From an uncultured Pelagibacteraceae bacterium (GTDB lineage: Bacteria > Pseudomonadota > Alphaproteobacteria > Pelagibacterales > AG-422-B15): a DNA stretch of 64,000 nt. The stretch is taken from the NCBI GenBank assembly GCA_902617525.1, contig CACMWW010000004.1, forward strand, positions 12,672-76,671, in the 5' to 3' direction. Position 1 is the first letter of the stretch. The number at the start of each line of letters is the position of its first letter. The position numbers were made by a program, and so were the translations under genes. This document shows positions 28,018 to 37,799 of this stretch, piece by piece. Under the pieces are notes generated by a model that saw nothing but the letters and a program-made list of their open reading frames with translations, was not told the origin of the DNA and searched no databases.

Positions 28018-29892
28018 TTAATTATCAATGAATTTTCTAAACCACATTTCGATGCTTATCCATTGCCATATATGAAATGAGTTTAAATTTTTTTCATGAT
28101 TACAGTAATTTGAATATTCTTTTATTACTTCTTTGGAGTCAAATATACCCCTTTCATTGAATTTTTTAGACTCAATAATTTCAGTAACCCAATGTTTTAA
28201 AACCGATTTTAACCATTCTCTTTGTGGATCAACAACGGGTTTTTTTGGCTTATTTACCAAATTTGATTGAATAATTGGCTTCAAAGCTTCTCTCATAAAA
28301 TTTCTTTGTACACCATTTGATATTTTGAAATTGCCAGGAATTTTAAAAGCAAATTCAACAATTCTATGATCCAATAATGGCACTCTCAGCTCCTTACTAA
28401 ATGCCATCGAAGCACGATCACATGATCTAAGAATACGGGGAAGTTTTGTGAAACAAATATCTCTATATTGAATATTCAGAAGGTGACTTTTAAATGGTTT
28501 TTCAAAATCATTTGGTATGAGTTCTTTATTTAGAAGGTCTTTTGAAAGGCAATTTCTCTTAATGTAATTAGAGCCATCGGTAGAAAAACCTGTTTTATTT
28601 AGGGAATTAATATCAAAATTTAAAACTTGATTTAATTTAACAGTACTTAAATTATTAATTTTTTTAAATTGCTCTATTTCATTTTTAGCGCGTTCATGAA
28701 ATCCATTTTCTTTTAAATCTAAAATGTATGAACCAAACACATGTTGGTAACCGGCAGCAATTTCGTCACCTCCCTGACCTTCGAGCAAAACTGTCGTGGC
28801 TTTATTAGCATTCTTTTTAATCATGTTGTGTTTAGCAATTGTAATTATACCTGGATAGGGCTGTTCCTGGTAATACATAGCTTCTTCAGCAAGATACGGG
28901 ATTTCGTTTGGATCTAATAATGTAAAATTTGTATCCCACTTTAATTGTTTCATTAAATCACAAACATATTTTTTTTCATCATATCGATCGTCATTGTAGT
29001 AATAAGAAAAAGTAGAAAGCTTACTTTTATCTACCTTCGAGTCATCAATTATAGCCAGCATAGCAGTTGAATCTACTCCTCCACTTACATTGACTCCAAC
29101 AGGAACATCACTTCTGAGTCTCAATGAAATAGAGCTTTTTAAAAGTGAAATAAATTCTTCTTTTGCAATATTGAATTCGTTATTATTTGCATCGAAATTG
29201 AAATCATTATTTTCATTAATAGAAGATAAATCCCAGTATTTTGAAATTATAAACTTATTATTATTCAATAGAATATATTTACCTGCAGGAAGTTGATAAA
29301 TATTTTTGAAAAAAGTTTCTTCTGAATGATCGTAAATACCGTCACATAAATACTTATTTATTATTTTATAATTAGGTTCTTTTTCAATACCTATAGTCAG
29401 AAGTGATTTTATTTCCGAGGAAAAATAGAATCGTTCTTTGTACCACGTATAAAAAAATGGTTTAATACCAAGTCTGTCTCTTGCGCAAAACAGAGTTTGT
29501 TTGTTTTTATCCCAAAGAGCAAAACTAAACATTCCATTGAAATATTTAACGCATTCATGCCCGTATTTTCTATACATTTTAATTATAACTTCTGTATCAG
29601 TTTTACTTGTGAGATTCTCAAGTCTAAATTCATTAATCAATTCTTTAAAATTATAAATTTCACCGTTAAAGGTTATAACTGTTTGGTCCTCATCCATTGG
29701 CATTAAACCATTGTTACTTAAATCTTGTATGCTAAGTCTGGTCGAACCAAGAGTAATTTTATCTTCAATAATAACTTTTTGAGAGTCTGGACCTCTATGA
29801 AGTAGCTCCTTATTCATAAAATGACACGAGTTTCTTAGAGATATGCTATCTAAAGTATTCTTTGGATCGAAGATCCCATTAATTCCACACAT
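28018..29892 (-). CDS. Asparagine synthase (glutamine-hydrolysing)-like amidotransferase, copy 1
   Basis: 624 aa. N-terminal nucleophile MCGI, a Ntn glutaminase domain, and the PP-loop NVSGGVDST. Confidence 0.85.
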   Translation of the reverse strand: MCGINGIFDPKNTLDSISLRNSCHFMNKELLHRGPDSQKVIIEDKITLGSTRLSIQDLSNNGLMPMDEDQTVITFNGEIYNFKELINEFRLENLTSKTDTEVIIKMYRKYGHECVKYFNGMFSFALWDKNKQTLFCARDRLGIKPFFYTWYKERFYFSSEIKSLLTIGIEKEPNYKIINKYLCDGIYDHSEETFFKNIYQLPAGKYILLNNNKFIISKYWDLSSINENNDFNFDANNNEFNIAKEEFISLLKSSISLRLRSDVPVGVNVSGGVDSTAMLAIIDDSKVDKSKLSTFSYYYNDDRYDEKKYVCDLMKQLKWDTNFTLLDPNEIPYLAEEAMYYQEQPYPGIITIAKHNMIKKNANKATTVLLEGQGGDEIAAGYQHVFGSYILDLKENGFHERAKNEIEQFKKINNLSTVKLNQVLNFDINSLNKTGFSTDGSNYIKRNCLSKDLLNKELIPNDFEKPFKSHLLNIQYRDICFTKLPRILRSCDRASMAFSKELRVPLLDHRIVEFAFKIPGNFKISNGVQRNFMREALKPIIQSNLVNKPKKPVVDPQREWLKSVLKHWVTEIIESKKFNERGIFDSKEVIKEYSNYCNHEKNLNSFHIWQWISIEMWFRKFIDN

Positions 29893-29908
29893 TGTTTTAC
29901 TTCAAATA

Positions 29909-30958
29909 TTAGATTTTTAAATCAACCATTCTGCCCTTATTTGCAGCACTTTCTTTCATAGCGAATAGAACCTTAAGTGCAATAATTGCATCATCAGCAT
30001 CTCCTAATGGCTTAGCATTATTTTCAATACAATCAATTGCATTATCAAGCATAAATTTGAATTGGTTTCTCGGCTTGCCGCCAAGTCTTAAAGTTGGCAC
30101 AGGAGAGAGTTCGGTAAATCCAGTATGCTCGGGTGAGTCAATTACATCATAAAATTCAATGTCTCTCCCAATATTTTTGAAGCTCATCATACCTTTACGC
30201 CCATAAAGGTTGATATTATAAATATCGTAATCTTTTAAATCAGAAGAATGAATTGATATTTTGAAATTATTTTCAAAGCAAATAATTCCATCTAGACAAC
30301 TATCATTATCAGGGGAAAAATGTTTGAATTGATTTGGATAAGCACTTACCCATTTAATTTCGCCGCAAATATCTTTTAAAAAAAAACGTAAAGTATCAAT
30401 TAAATGGGTGCCTGTTGATAATAAACCATACACATAATTTGCACTTCCCTGCATTAACTCACCAATTCTACCACCATTTAGTAATTCTACTACTTCATAC
30501 AAAAGTTCATCAAATCTACGTCTATGATTTATTAGTAATTTTGAATTTGACTTATTTAATTTGTTCTTTAGAGCAATACAGTCATCTAAATTAGTAGCTA
30601 TTGGCTTTTCACATAATATAGCTTTAACATGATGATCAATACATTTATTAATCATTTCAAAATGATTTTCTTTCCATGAGGCAATTGAAACTATTTCTGG
30701 TTTAATTTCTCTTAATAACACATCAATATTTTCAGAGACTTGAATGTCAGGAAGAATAGATTGTGCTCTTTCAAGTGAACTTTGATTTATATCACATACT
30801 CCAAGCAACTCTGTTCTAGAGTCAGTTGACAATAGTTCAAAATGAGTAGCTGGTTTTAATCTTTTATCATCGTCGGATAAATACATGCCAAATCTGCCTG
30901 CTCCAACAAGAATTGATTTATATTTTTTTCCTATTTTATCATTTAATTTATTCATCAT
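29909..30958 (-). CDS. Gfo/Idh/MocA family NAD(P)-dependent oxidoreductase
   Basis: The track ORF runs to 30991 (ATG), but that start overlaps the upstream gene by 44 nt. Internal ATGs at 30958/30955 (MMNKL...) reduce the overlap to about 8-11 nt. Rossmann motif ILVGAGRFG and CEKP. Confidence 0.75.
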   Translation of the reverse strand: MMNKLNDKIGKKYKSILVGAGRFGMYLSDDDKRLKPATHFELLSTDSRTELLGVCDINQSSLERAQSILPDIQVSENIDVLLREIKPEIVSIASWKENHFEMINKCIDHHVKAILCEKPIATNLDDCIALKNKLNKSNSKLLINHRRRFDELLYEVVELLNGGRIGELMQGSANYVYGLLSTGTHLIDTLRFFLKDICGEIKWVSAYPNQFKHFSPDNDSCLDGIICFENNFKISIHSSDLKDYDIYNINLYGRKGMMSFKNIGRDIEFYDVIDSPEHTGFTELSPVPTLRLGGKPRNQFKFMLDNAIDCIENNAKPLGDADDAIIALKVLFAMKESAANKGRMVDLKI

Positions 30959-31931
30959 AAGTATCTTCCCACCTATCAAAAATAGTCCCATTCTGTATCA
31001 CCTTACTTATACCTTCGTCCAAAGTGACAACTGGATCCCAATTTAAGGTTTCTCTTGCAAGCGTTGAGTCACAAAATCTCTCAAATATTTCTCTATCAGC
31101 AGACCTATCAGCGTCGCTAAAGTCTTTGAGAAATTTAGGTTCAATAATTCCTATTTTTCCAGCCTGCGATATAATTTTATTTGCTAAACTTATGATGCTA
31201 ATGGGATTTTTTCCATTACCAATATTTAAAATTTTATTTACAGCCTTTTTTTCACTTATACAGAGTATGGTTGCCTCAGCGGTATCACTAACGTATGTAT
31301 AAGATCTCAATTGATTGCCATCTCCATTAATTATTGGAGATTTACCTTTAATGACTTCTTTAATAAATTTTGAAATTACAAATTGAGCTGTTTGATAAGG
31401 ACCGTAACAATTGAAGTATCTTAAAATAACGTAATTTAATCCAAAACGCTGGGAATATGCTTTACACATTTCCTCTCCAACTAATTTTGAAACTGCATAA
31501 ATTGTTTTACCCTGGGTAATGTGAGTTTCAGATATTGGATTGCTTAGGGGTTCTCCATAAACTTCAGATGATGATGCAAAAATAAATTTTTCCACCCCAC
31601 CTTGAATTACACAGTCTAAAATTGTTTTAGTACCCTCCACATTAATTTCCAAACACCTCAGCTTATCAGCTTCAGATCTTTTCACACCTAATAACGCTGC
31701 TAAATGAATTACAGTGTCACAATTCTTAATAGCATTTCGTAGAGTTGATGGATCTAATATTGAGCCATAAAATATATTTATTTTTGAGTCTAGTGCATCT
31801 TTAACACGATTTACTTGCTCACCTAAATCAAATAAATTTACGTCAAAACCTCTTTGAATTAATTTATTTGAGATTTCTATACCTATTAGACCTGCGCCTC
31901 CAATTACACAAACTTTTTTCATAATATCCAC
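30948..31931 (-). CDS. NAD-dependent nucleotide-sugar epimerase/dehydratase (extended SDR)
   Basis: 327 aa. Motifs: VIGGAGLIGIEI, SSSEVYG, YAVSKLVGE. Confidence 0.8.
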   Translation of the reverse strand: MDIMKKVCVIGGAGLIGIEISNKLIQRGFDVNLFDLGEQVNRVKDALDSKINIFYGSILDPSTLRNAIKNCDTVIHLAALLGVKRSEADKLRCLEINVEGTKTILDCVIQGGVEKFIFASSSEVYGEPLSNPISETHITQGKTIYAVSKLVGEEMCKAYSQRFGLNYVILRYFNCYGPYQTAQFVISKFIKEVIKGKSPIINGDGNQLRSYTYVSDTAEATILCISEKKAVNKILNIGNGKNPISIISLANKIISQAGKIGIIEPKFLKDFSDADRSADREIFERFCDSTLARETLNWDPVVTLDEGISKVIQNGTIFDRWEDTYDE

Positions 31932-31991
31932 ATATATTAATTTTTATTGATTTATAGTGTAAAATCTTTGATTGGGCCAATCTAATGTGTT

Positions 31992-32894
31992 TTAACCAAA
32001 ATAAAGATTTTTTAAACCCTCTTCCAAAGAAATTTTACTCTGAAAACCAGTATCTTTAATGGCTTTAGTCATGTCAGCACAACTGGACAACGCATCTCCA
32101 GGCTTTGCAGGTAAATTTTTCGTAGAGGATCTATTTTCAAAAGATAAAATTTTATTTGCTAAATCTTTAATTTTTGTTTCTTTGCCTGTACCGAGATTAT
32201 ATATACCAGCAATGTTTTCTTCTGCAGCAATGCAATAAAAATTTACTACATCACTTACATGAATAAAGTCTCGTGTCTGATTTCCAGAGTTATAAAGTTT
32301 TAATTCATCACCGTTTTTAGCATATTTTATAAAGGTAGGAATAACAGCTGAATACATGCTGTCAGTACTTTGTTTTGGACCATAAATATTAAAGCATCTT
32401 AGCGAACATGTCTCTATTCCAAAATTATCTGCGTAAAAATTAAGCATATCTTCTGATGATAACTTTGAAATTGAGTAAGGTGATGAACCATTCACACTCA
32501 TTTCTTCACTAACTTTTTTATGAGGAGAAAGTGGATAAACAGCACACGATGAGGCAAATATAATTTTTCTCACTGAATTATTAATAGCTGCTTGTAATAT
32601 ATTTGCAGTTCCTACAGTATTAATTTCGAAACATTCATTTGGTTTTCTAACTGAGCGTTGTACATCCACGATTGCTGCCAAATGAAATATCACGTCAGTT
32701 TTATTTAAATTATCATTTATTATATCAAAGTTTCTAATATCAGCCTCAATGAGTTTTGCTTCTGAATGTAAATTATTTCTATAACCAGAAGAAAAATTAT
32801 CCAAAACTGTGACGATGTAACCTTTTTTAAGAAGTTTTTCTACCAAATGAGTACCTACAAAGCCTGCACCACCAGTTACTAATACTTTTTTCAT
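31992..32894 (-). CDS. NAD-dependent nucleotide-sugar epimerase (GalE-like extended SDR)
   Basis: 300 aa. Motifs: VTGGAGFVGTHL and YSISKLSSE. Confidence 0.8.
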   Translation of the reverse strand: MKKVLVTGGAGFVGTHLVEKLLKKGYIVTVLDNFSSGYRNNLHSEAKLIEADIRNFDIINDNLNKTDVIFHLAAIVDVQRSVRKPNECFEINTVGTANILQAAINNSVRKIIFASSCAVYPLSPHKKVSEEMSVNGSSPYSISKLSSEDMLNFYADNFGIETCSLRCFNIYGPKQSTDSMYSAVIPTFIKYAKNGDELKLYNSGNQTRDFIHVSDVVNFYCIAAEENIAGIYNLGTGKETKIKDLANKILSFENRSSTKNLPAKPGDALSSCADMTKAIKDTGFQSKISLEEGLKNLYFG

Positions 32895-34177
32895 AGTGAT
32901 TTTCCTTTTTCAAAAGTTTCAATTTCACTACACATTTTATCAACTATTTTTTTTGAATCATAATATTTACTGAGAACTTCAAACCCTCCAAATGAGATTT
33001 TTTCTCTAAGTTTCACATCTTTTATAGCTCTTAATGTTTGATCGACCATTTGATTAATAGTATCACCAGCCAGAACATTTTCATCATTTTTGAGTTCCGG
33101 CATAGATAGTAATGCATCTGAATGTACAATATTTATAGTTCCCAACGAAAATACATGAAGGTATCTTGTGTGACATACTTTAAAGAAACTTGCATTGTTT
33201 AGAGTCAAAACTAGCTTAGCTTCCATTATTTCCCTATCAATATCATCAACAAATCCTCTAACGATTATTTCCTTATGATCTCTAATTAAACGTTGAATTT
33301 TTTTTTGTATTTTTCCTTTACCAATTATATGAAATTCAAATTGATCATTACTCTTTTCTTTCAATTTTGGAAAAAACTCCTTTGCAAAAAGGTATAATCC
33401 TAATGTATTTGCAGTGGCTTCAACATTACCAATATTTACTACGATTTTATTTTTTGCTAATTCAATATTTTTTTTCTTTGACAAAACATGCTCTTTATTA
33501 GGTACGACCCACATATTAGGTAAATAATTTATATGTTTTATTCCTTCATTTTGAAAGTCATGCGTATCATTAAGTGCAACATTTGATAAAATATCAATCT
33601 TTTGTAGAAATGATAAATAATATTTTTTAAGAAATATTACCTGTATCTTTCGAATTAAATAAATAAATAGTTTTTTAATATAATTTTGCTCATCAAAAAA
33701 AAATCTAAAGTAAGTTCTTGCATTAAATACCTTATAATCTGCATTACCATAGTAAGCATATTTTATTGAGTCTATTCTACTATGCGCTACTAAAGGCGTT
33801 ACCAATTCGTCCCAAACAACAATAATTACGTCTGGTTTCCATTTCTTACAGATATTCTCAAGTTCTTTGGTAAAAGATATTAAAGGAAAAAAATATTTTT
33901 CTTTAAATATATCAAACTTTACGATTTTTCTTAAAATATTTTTTTCTGTAAGTTTATTTGAATCTATTTTTAATTTTTCTACGACTTCAATTTTATAGCT
34001 ATTATATTCTTCTAGTATATTTTGATAATTATGAGCTGAGTCATCTAAATCTATCTTACAAAAACCTACTGTGTGTTTTTTTGAAAAATGTTTGAGAACT
34101 TCAAACGAAACCAAATTTGCTGCTTGCGTGATATTTTTTTCTGTAGGGTAAACAGAACTTATACTAAGTATCCGCAT
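32891..34177 (-). CDS. Putative glycosyltransferase (GT-B fold)
   Basis: 428 aa. Two-lobed layout. The C-terminal lobe (FEFHIIGKGKIQKKIQ...VRGFVDDIDREI) resembles GT1/GT4 donor domains, but there is no clean EX7E motif. Confidence 0.45.
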   Translation of the reverse strand: MRILSISSVYPTEKNITQAANLVSFEVLKHFSKKHTVGFCKIDLDDSAHNYQNILEEYNSYKIEVVEKLKIDSNKLTEKNILRKIVKFDIFKEKYFFPLISFTKELENICKKWKPDVIIVVWDELVTPLVAHSRIDSIKYAYYGNADYKVFNARTYFRFFFDEQNYIKKLFIYLIRKIQVIFLKKYYLSFLQKIDILSNVALNDTHDFQNEGIKHINYLPNMWVVPNKEHVLSKKKNIELAKNKIVVNIGNVEATANTLGLYLFAKEFFPKLKEKSNDQFEFHIIGKGKIQKKIQRLIRDHKEIIVRGFVDDIDREIMEAKLVLTLNNASFFKVCHTRYLHVFSLGTINIVHSDALLSMPELKNDENVLAGDTINQMVDQTLRAIKDVKLREKISFGGFEVLSKYYDSKKIVDKMCSEIETFEKGKSL

Positions 34178-34184
34178 TTGTGTC

Positions 34185-35204
34185 CTATATGCCGCCTAAC
34201 CTTATTTGGTTTTCAATCCAAGGTATTATCTCGTCTAATGCTTCAGACAAATCTGTTTTTGCCTCAAATCCTAATATTTTCTTAGCTTTTGATACGTCAG
34301 GAATTCTTTTTTGAACATCATGATCAAACGGTTCCTCCGAAAGAAATTTAAAATCTTTTTTTGGATTAATTTTTTTCCAAATTAGTTCTGCAAGCTCCAA
34401 AACGGTTGTGGATTTTGCAGTAGATATATTAAAATCTTCATTTATCGCATTTTTGTCTTCAATACACTTTCGTATTCCAATGGCTAAGTCTCCACCATAT
34501 GTGTAATGTCGAACCTGGTTACCATTTCCAAGTATTTGTAATGGATATTGACCTTTTAAAATCTTTTGAACAAGATCAGGTACCACATGGCTCATTGCTA
34601 AGCTTATATTTCCCGATTTAATATCTTTATCTCCAAGAGCCTTTTTTTCACCAATACCAATACAATTAAACGGCCTTATAATAGTATAAGGTAATTTATA
34701 TTGTTGCCATGCACCTTTTGCAAAATACTCTGAAGACAATTTCTGAAATCCATACGTTGATAGTGGTGGAGGACATCTTAATTCCTCGCCCTCTGGTGTT
34801 GGGTAATTATTTGTACTTTCAAATACCATTGAAGATGATAGAACATTAATTTTTTTTAATTTTTCATTTTGAAAAGCTTTTATTGCAGCATCGAAAGTCG
34901 ATGACAAAATTCTTTCATTTTCAGATAAAAGGTCATAAGCATATTCATGAAAATAACTTATACCTCCAATTTTTGCAGCAGATGCAACTACTTGATCACA
35001 ATCTTTCATTAGTGAATATAAAAGATCAGTATCTTTTGCATCACCCTGAACAAACTTGAAATTTTTATTATTCTGAAAACTTTTTTCAATATTTCCATAT
35101 TTAGAAAAGTTATCAATACCAACCACCTCATGACCTTTATTTAATAATTCATTAACCAAATAGCCAGAGATGAAACCGAAACATCCAGTAATTAAAATTT
35201 TCAT
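34185..35204 (-). CDS. NAD-dependent nucleotide-sugar epimerase/dehydratase (extended SDR)
   Basis: 339 aa. Motifs: ITGCFGFISGYL and YGFQKLSSE. Confidence 0.8.
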   Translation of the reverse strand: MKILITGCFGFISGYLVNELLNKGHEVVGIDNFSKYGNIEKSFQNNKNFKFVQGDAKDTDLLYSLMKDCDQVVASAAKIGGISYFHEYAYDLLSENERILSSTFDAAIKAFQNEKLKKINVLSSSMVFESTNNYPTPEGEELRCPPPLSTYGFQKLSSEYFAKGAWQQYKLPYTIIRPFNCIGIGEKKALGDKDIKSGNISLAMSHVVPDLVQKILKGQYPLQILGNGNQVRHYTYGGDLAIGIRKCIEDKNAINEDFNISTAKSTTVLELAELIWKKINPKKDFKFLSEEPFDHDVQKRIPDVSKAKKILGFEAKTDLSEALDEIIPWIENQIRLGGI

Positions 35205-35272
35205 CTTATTTTTTATATTTAAGTTTATGCAAAGTATAATTTTGAGTGGAAAATTACAAGTATATAATATCT

Positions 35273-36625
35273 CTAAGATTTACTTTCAATTCGCTTTAAG
35301 CATAAAGCATGGTTACCTAAGCTAATATAGTTGACACCTTCAGTAAAGTTTGCCTGGTCTATATCCATAGTATTCCAGAAATCATAAACAATACTATTTT
35401 TCTTCATTAAATTAGTTTTGTTTGATACTTTAAACTTTTGAAAATCGTTATGATTATTTAAAATTAAAACAAGGTGCGCTTCTTTCATTGCATTTGAAAT
35501 TGAAGGTGAATATTTGATTGACAAATTTTGAACTTCTTTTTTAGTTAAAAGCCTATCGTATCCGTATAAAATAGCTTTCGGAAAAACTTTTAGTATATTT
35601 TCTATTACTTTTATTGACATACTTCCTCTTAGATCACTTGTTTCTGGTACTCCCTTAAATGCTAATCCAAGCAAAGCTATTTTTATATTTTTAGGCCACT
35701 TAAGTTTTTTTGAAACTTTTTCAAGAAACTTAGATACATAGGTGGGCTGAAACTCATTTGTCTTTCTAGCAGACATTACTATTTTTGATTTAATTTTAAA
35801 CTTTTTTAAACTTTCATTTAAAATATAAGAATCTTTTGATAAGCATGGTCCACCTACTAAACCAGGAATGGGAACATTAGTCCTTGGGTAATCTTTTTTT
35901 CCCGAAGAGACAACTTCTTTTACATTTGCACCAACTTTGTCTGCAATCATTGCAATTTCGTTTGAATAAGCAAATATTAGATCTCTATAAGTATTATCAA
36001 CGAGTTTAATGGTCTCAGCAGTTTCAACATTACTTACCTTAATTGTGGTTGAGGTAACTTTTTGAAAGATTTTTTCAGATCGTTGCATTGACACATTATT
36101 AATACCACTAATTATTTGAGGCAGTTTTTCAAGTTCAGACAAAGCATCTCCCTCGAGTGTGCGCTCAGGACAAAATGATAACGAAAATTTCTTATGAGAT
36201 TTTTTTAGTATAGGCATAACAATATTTCTTGTAGTACCTATTTTTACAGTTGAGCGTAATATTATATGTGAGTCCTCTTCCATGGACTGAGCTATTTCTT
36301 TAGTTGCCCTCTCGATCATGTCTACTCTAGGCCTATTAAATTTATTAAGAGGTGTTCCCACAGTGATTATGTAATTATTAAATTTATTTTTTGCTTTAGG
36401 AATTCGATGGTGAGCACTAAAAAGTTTTTTTGATAAAACTCTTTTAAGCCTTAAGTTGATGTCTGTTTCGAAAAAATGCGATTTTCCTCGATTTAATATT
36501 TTTACTATGTTTTTATTTATTTCAACCCCATATACACGAAAACCTCTCTCAGCCATCACTACAGCAAGGGTTAGACCGACATATCCTAATCCAATTATGA
36601 CAACACCTTCTCTTTTTTTATCCAT
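35273..36625 (-). CDS. Nucleotide-sugar 6-dehydrogenase (UDP-glucose/GDP-mannose dehydrogenase family, possibly UDP-ManNAc/GlcNAc type)
   Basis: 450 aa. Has [21 protein letters not shown] and the catalytic-Cys segment GLVGGPCLSKD. Substrate cannot be assigned. Confidence 0.8.
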   Translation of the reverse strand: MDKKREGVVIIGLGYVGLTLAVVMAERGFRVYGVEINKNIVKILNRGKSHFFETDINLRLKRVLSKKLFSAHHRIPKAKNKFNNYIITVGTPLNKFNRPRVDMIERATKEIAQSMEEDSHIILRSTVKIGTTRNIVMPILKKSHKKFSLSFCPERTLEGDALSELEKLPQIISGINNVSMQRSEKIFQKVTSTTIKVSNVETAETIKLVDNTYRDLIFAYSNEIAMIADKVGANVKEVVSSGKKDYPRTNVPIPGLVGGPCLSKDSYILNESLKKFKIKSKIVMSARKTNEFQPTYVSKFLEKVSKKLKWPKNIKIALLGLAFKGVPETSDLRGSMSIKVIENILKVFPKAILYGYDRLLTKKEVQNLSIKYSPSISNAMKEAHLVLILNNHNDFQKFKVSNKTNLMKKNSIVYDFWNTMDIDQANFTEGVNYISLGNHALCLKRIESKS

Positions 36626-36638
36626 TTAATTTCAAAAA

Positions 36639-37799
36639 TTAATAAGTTATTCTTTTATCTATAAGTTTTTTATCTATTTTAAGATTTTCTAATAATTTAA
36701 CTATTCGTTTAGAGCTTTTTCCATCGCCGTATGGATTTTTACATAACTTAATTTTTTTTATGAAAGAATGTGATGTTGCTTTCTTAATTGATTTAAGTAT
36801 ATTTTCTACTTTAAAATCAGAATTTATTACGTTTATGGCCTGCATTCTACCTCGCTGCCTGTCGCCTATATTTACTACTGGCAGTTTAAATGAGGGAGCC
36901 TCAAGAATCCCACTACTGCTATTTCCAATCATCGCAGTAATATTATCTAAAAGTCCAATAAAGATATCTCTGTCTAGGTTTTTAAAAATAAAGATTTTAT
37001 CATTTTGAATTTTCAAAATTTCATCAATTATTTTTTCATTACCTGAGTCAATGTTAGGATAAATAATTATTGTTTGAAGTTCTGATTGTAAAATACTTTG
37101 CATTAGAATTTTAATTTCCTTTTTAGCATTATCTGTATCTATGAGAGTAGGATGATGTATACAAAGAAGTGTCTTTTTTTTTAAATCAATTTTTAATTCT
37201 CTAGACAAGAAATTTCTTGATAATTTTTTTCTATTTTTTATAAAATCGAGTTGTGGTGCACCAACATTAAATACTCTCCATTTTTCTTCACCTAAATTAA
37301 TTACTCTTTTTGCAGAATCATCACATGATGCTAAATGAATATGTGATAGCTTTGTAATTGCATGTCTTGCTGATCCATCAATATGGCCTGAAACATCACC
37401 TGCTTGGATATGCGCTACTGGAATATTCATGTATGCTGCGGCAATTGCAGCTGCAAACATTTCTCCTCTATCTCCAGTAACTATAATTAAATCAGGCTTA
37501 ATTTTTTGAAAAGATTGAGCTAGTCCAATTAATTCTACACCCAATGATTTTACAAAAGTAGATGGTGTATCGCCACTTACCAACATATCAACTTGATCAG
37601 TGATTGGTATCTTGTCCTTTATAATTTGTGATTTAGAATAGCCATATTGCTTTAGAGGATGCATTCCTGTTACAACAACACTCAAATCAATTTTTTTGGA
37701 AACTTTTAGCAGCTTAAGTATTCTTTTTTTATATCCATAAGTTGCTCTTGAAGATGCTATTACACATATTTTCTTTTTTATTTTTCTAGATCTGACCAT
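36639..37799 (-). CDS. neuC: UDP-N-acetylglucosamine 2-epimerase (hydrolysing type, NeuC-like)
   Basis: 386 aa. Has VTGDRGEMFAAAIAAAYMNIPVAHIQAGD and SGHIDGSARHAITKLSHIH. Sits directly upstream of neuB/neuA. Confidence 0.8.
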   Translation of the reverse strand: MVRSRKIKKKICVIASSRATYGYKKRILKLLKVSKKIDLSVVVTGMHPLKQYGYSKSQIIKDKIPITDQVDMLVSGDTPSTFVKSLGVELIGLAQSFQKIKPDLIIVTGDRGEMFAAAIAAAYMNIPVAHIQAGDVSGHIDGSARHAITKLSHIHLASCDDSAKRVINLGEEKWRVFNVGAPQLDFIKNRKKLSRNFLSRELKIDLKKKTLLCIHHPTLIDTDNAKKEIKILMQSILQSELQTIIIYPNIDSGNEKIIDEILKIQNDKIFIFKNLDRDIFIGLLDNITAMIGNSSSGILEAPSFKLPVVNIGDRQRGRMQAINVINSDFKVENILKSIKKATSHSFIKKIKLCKNPYGDGKSSKRIVKLLENLKIDKKLIDKRITY

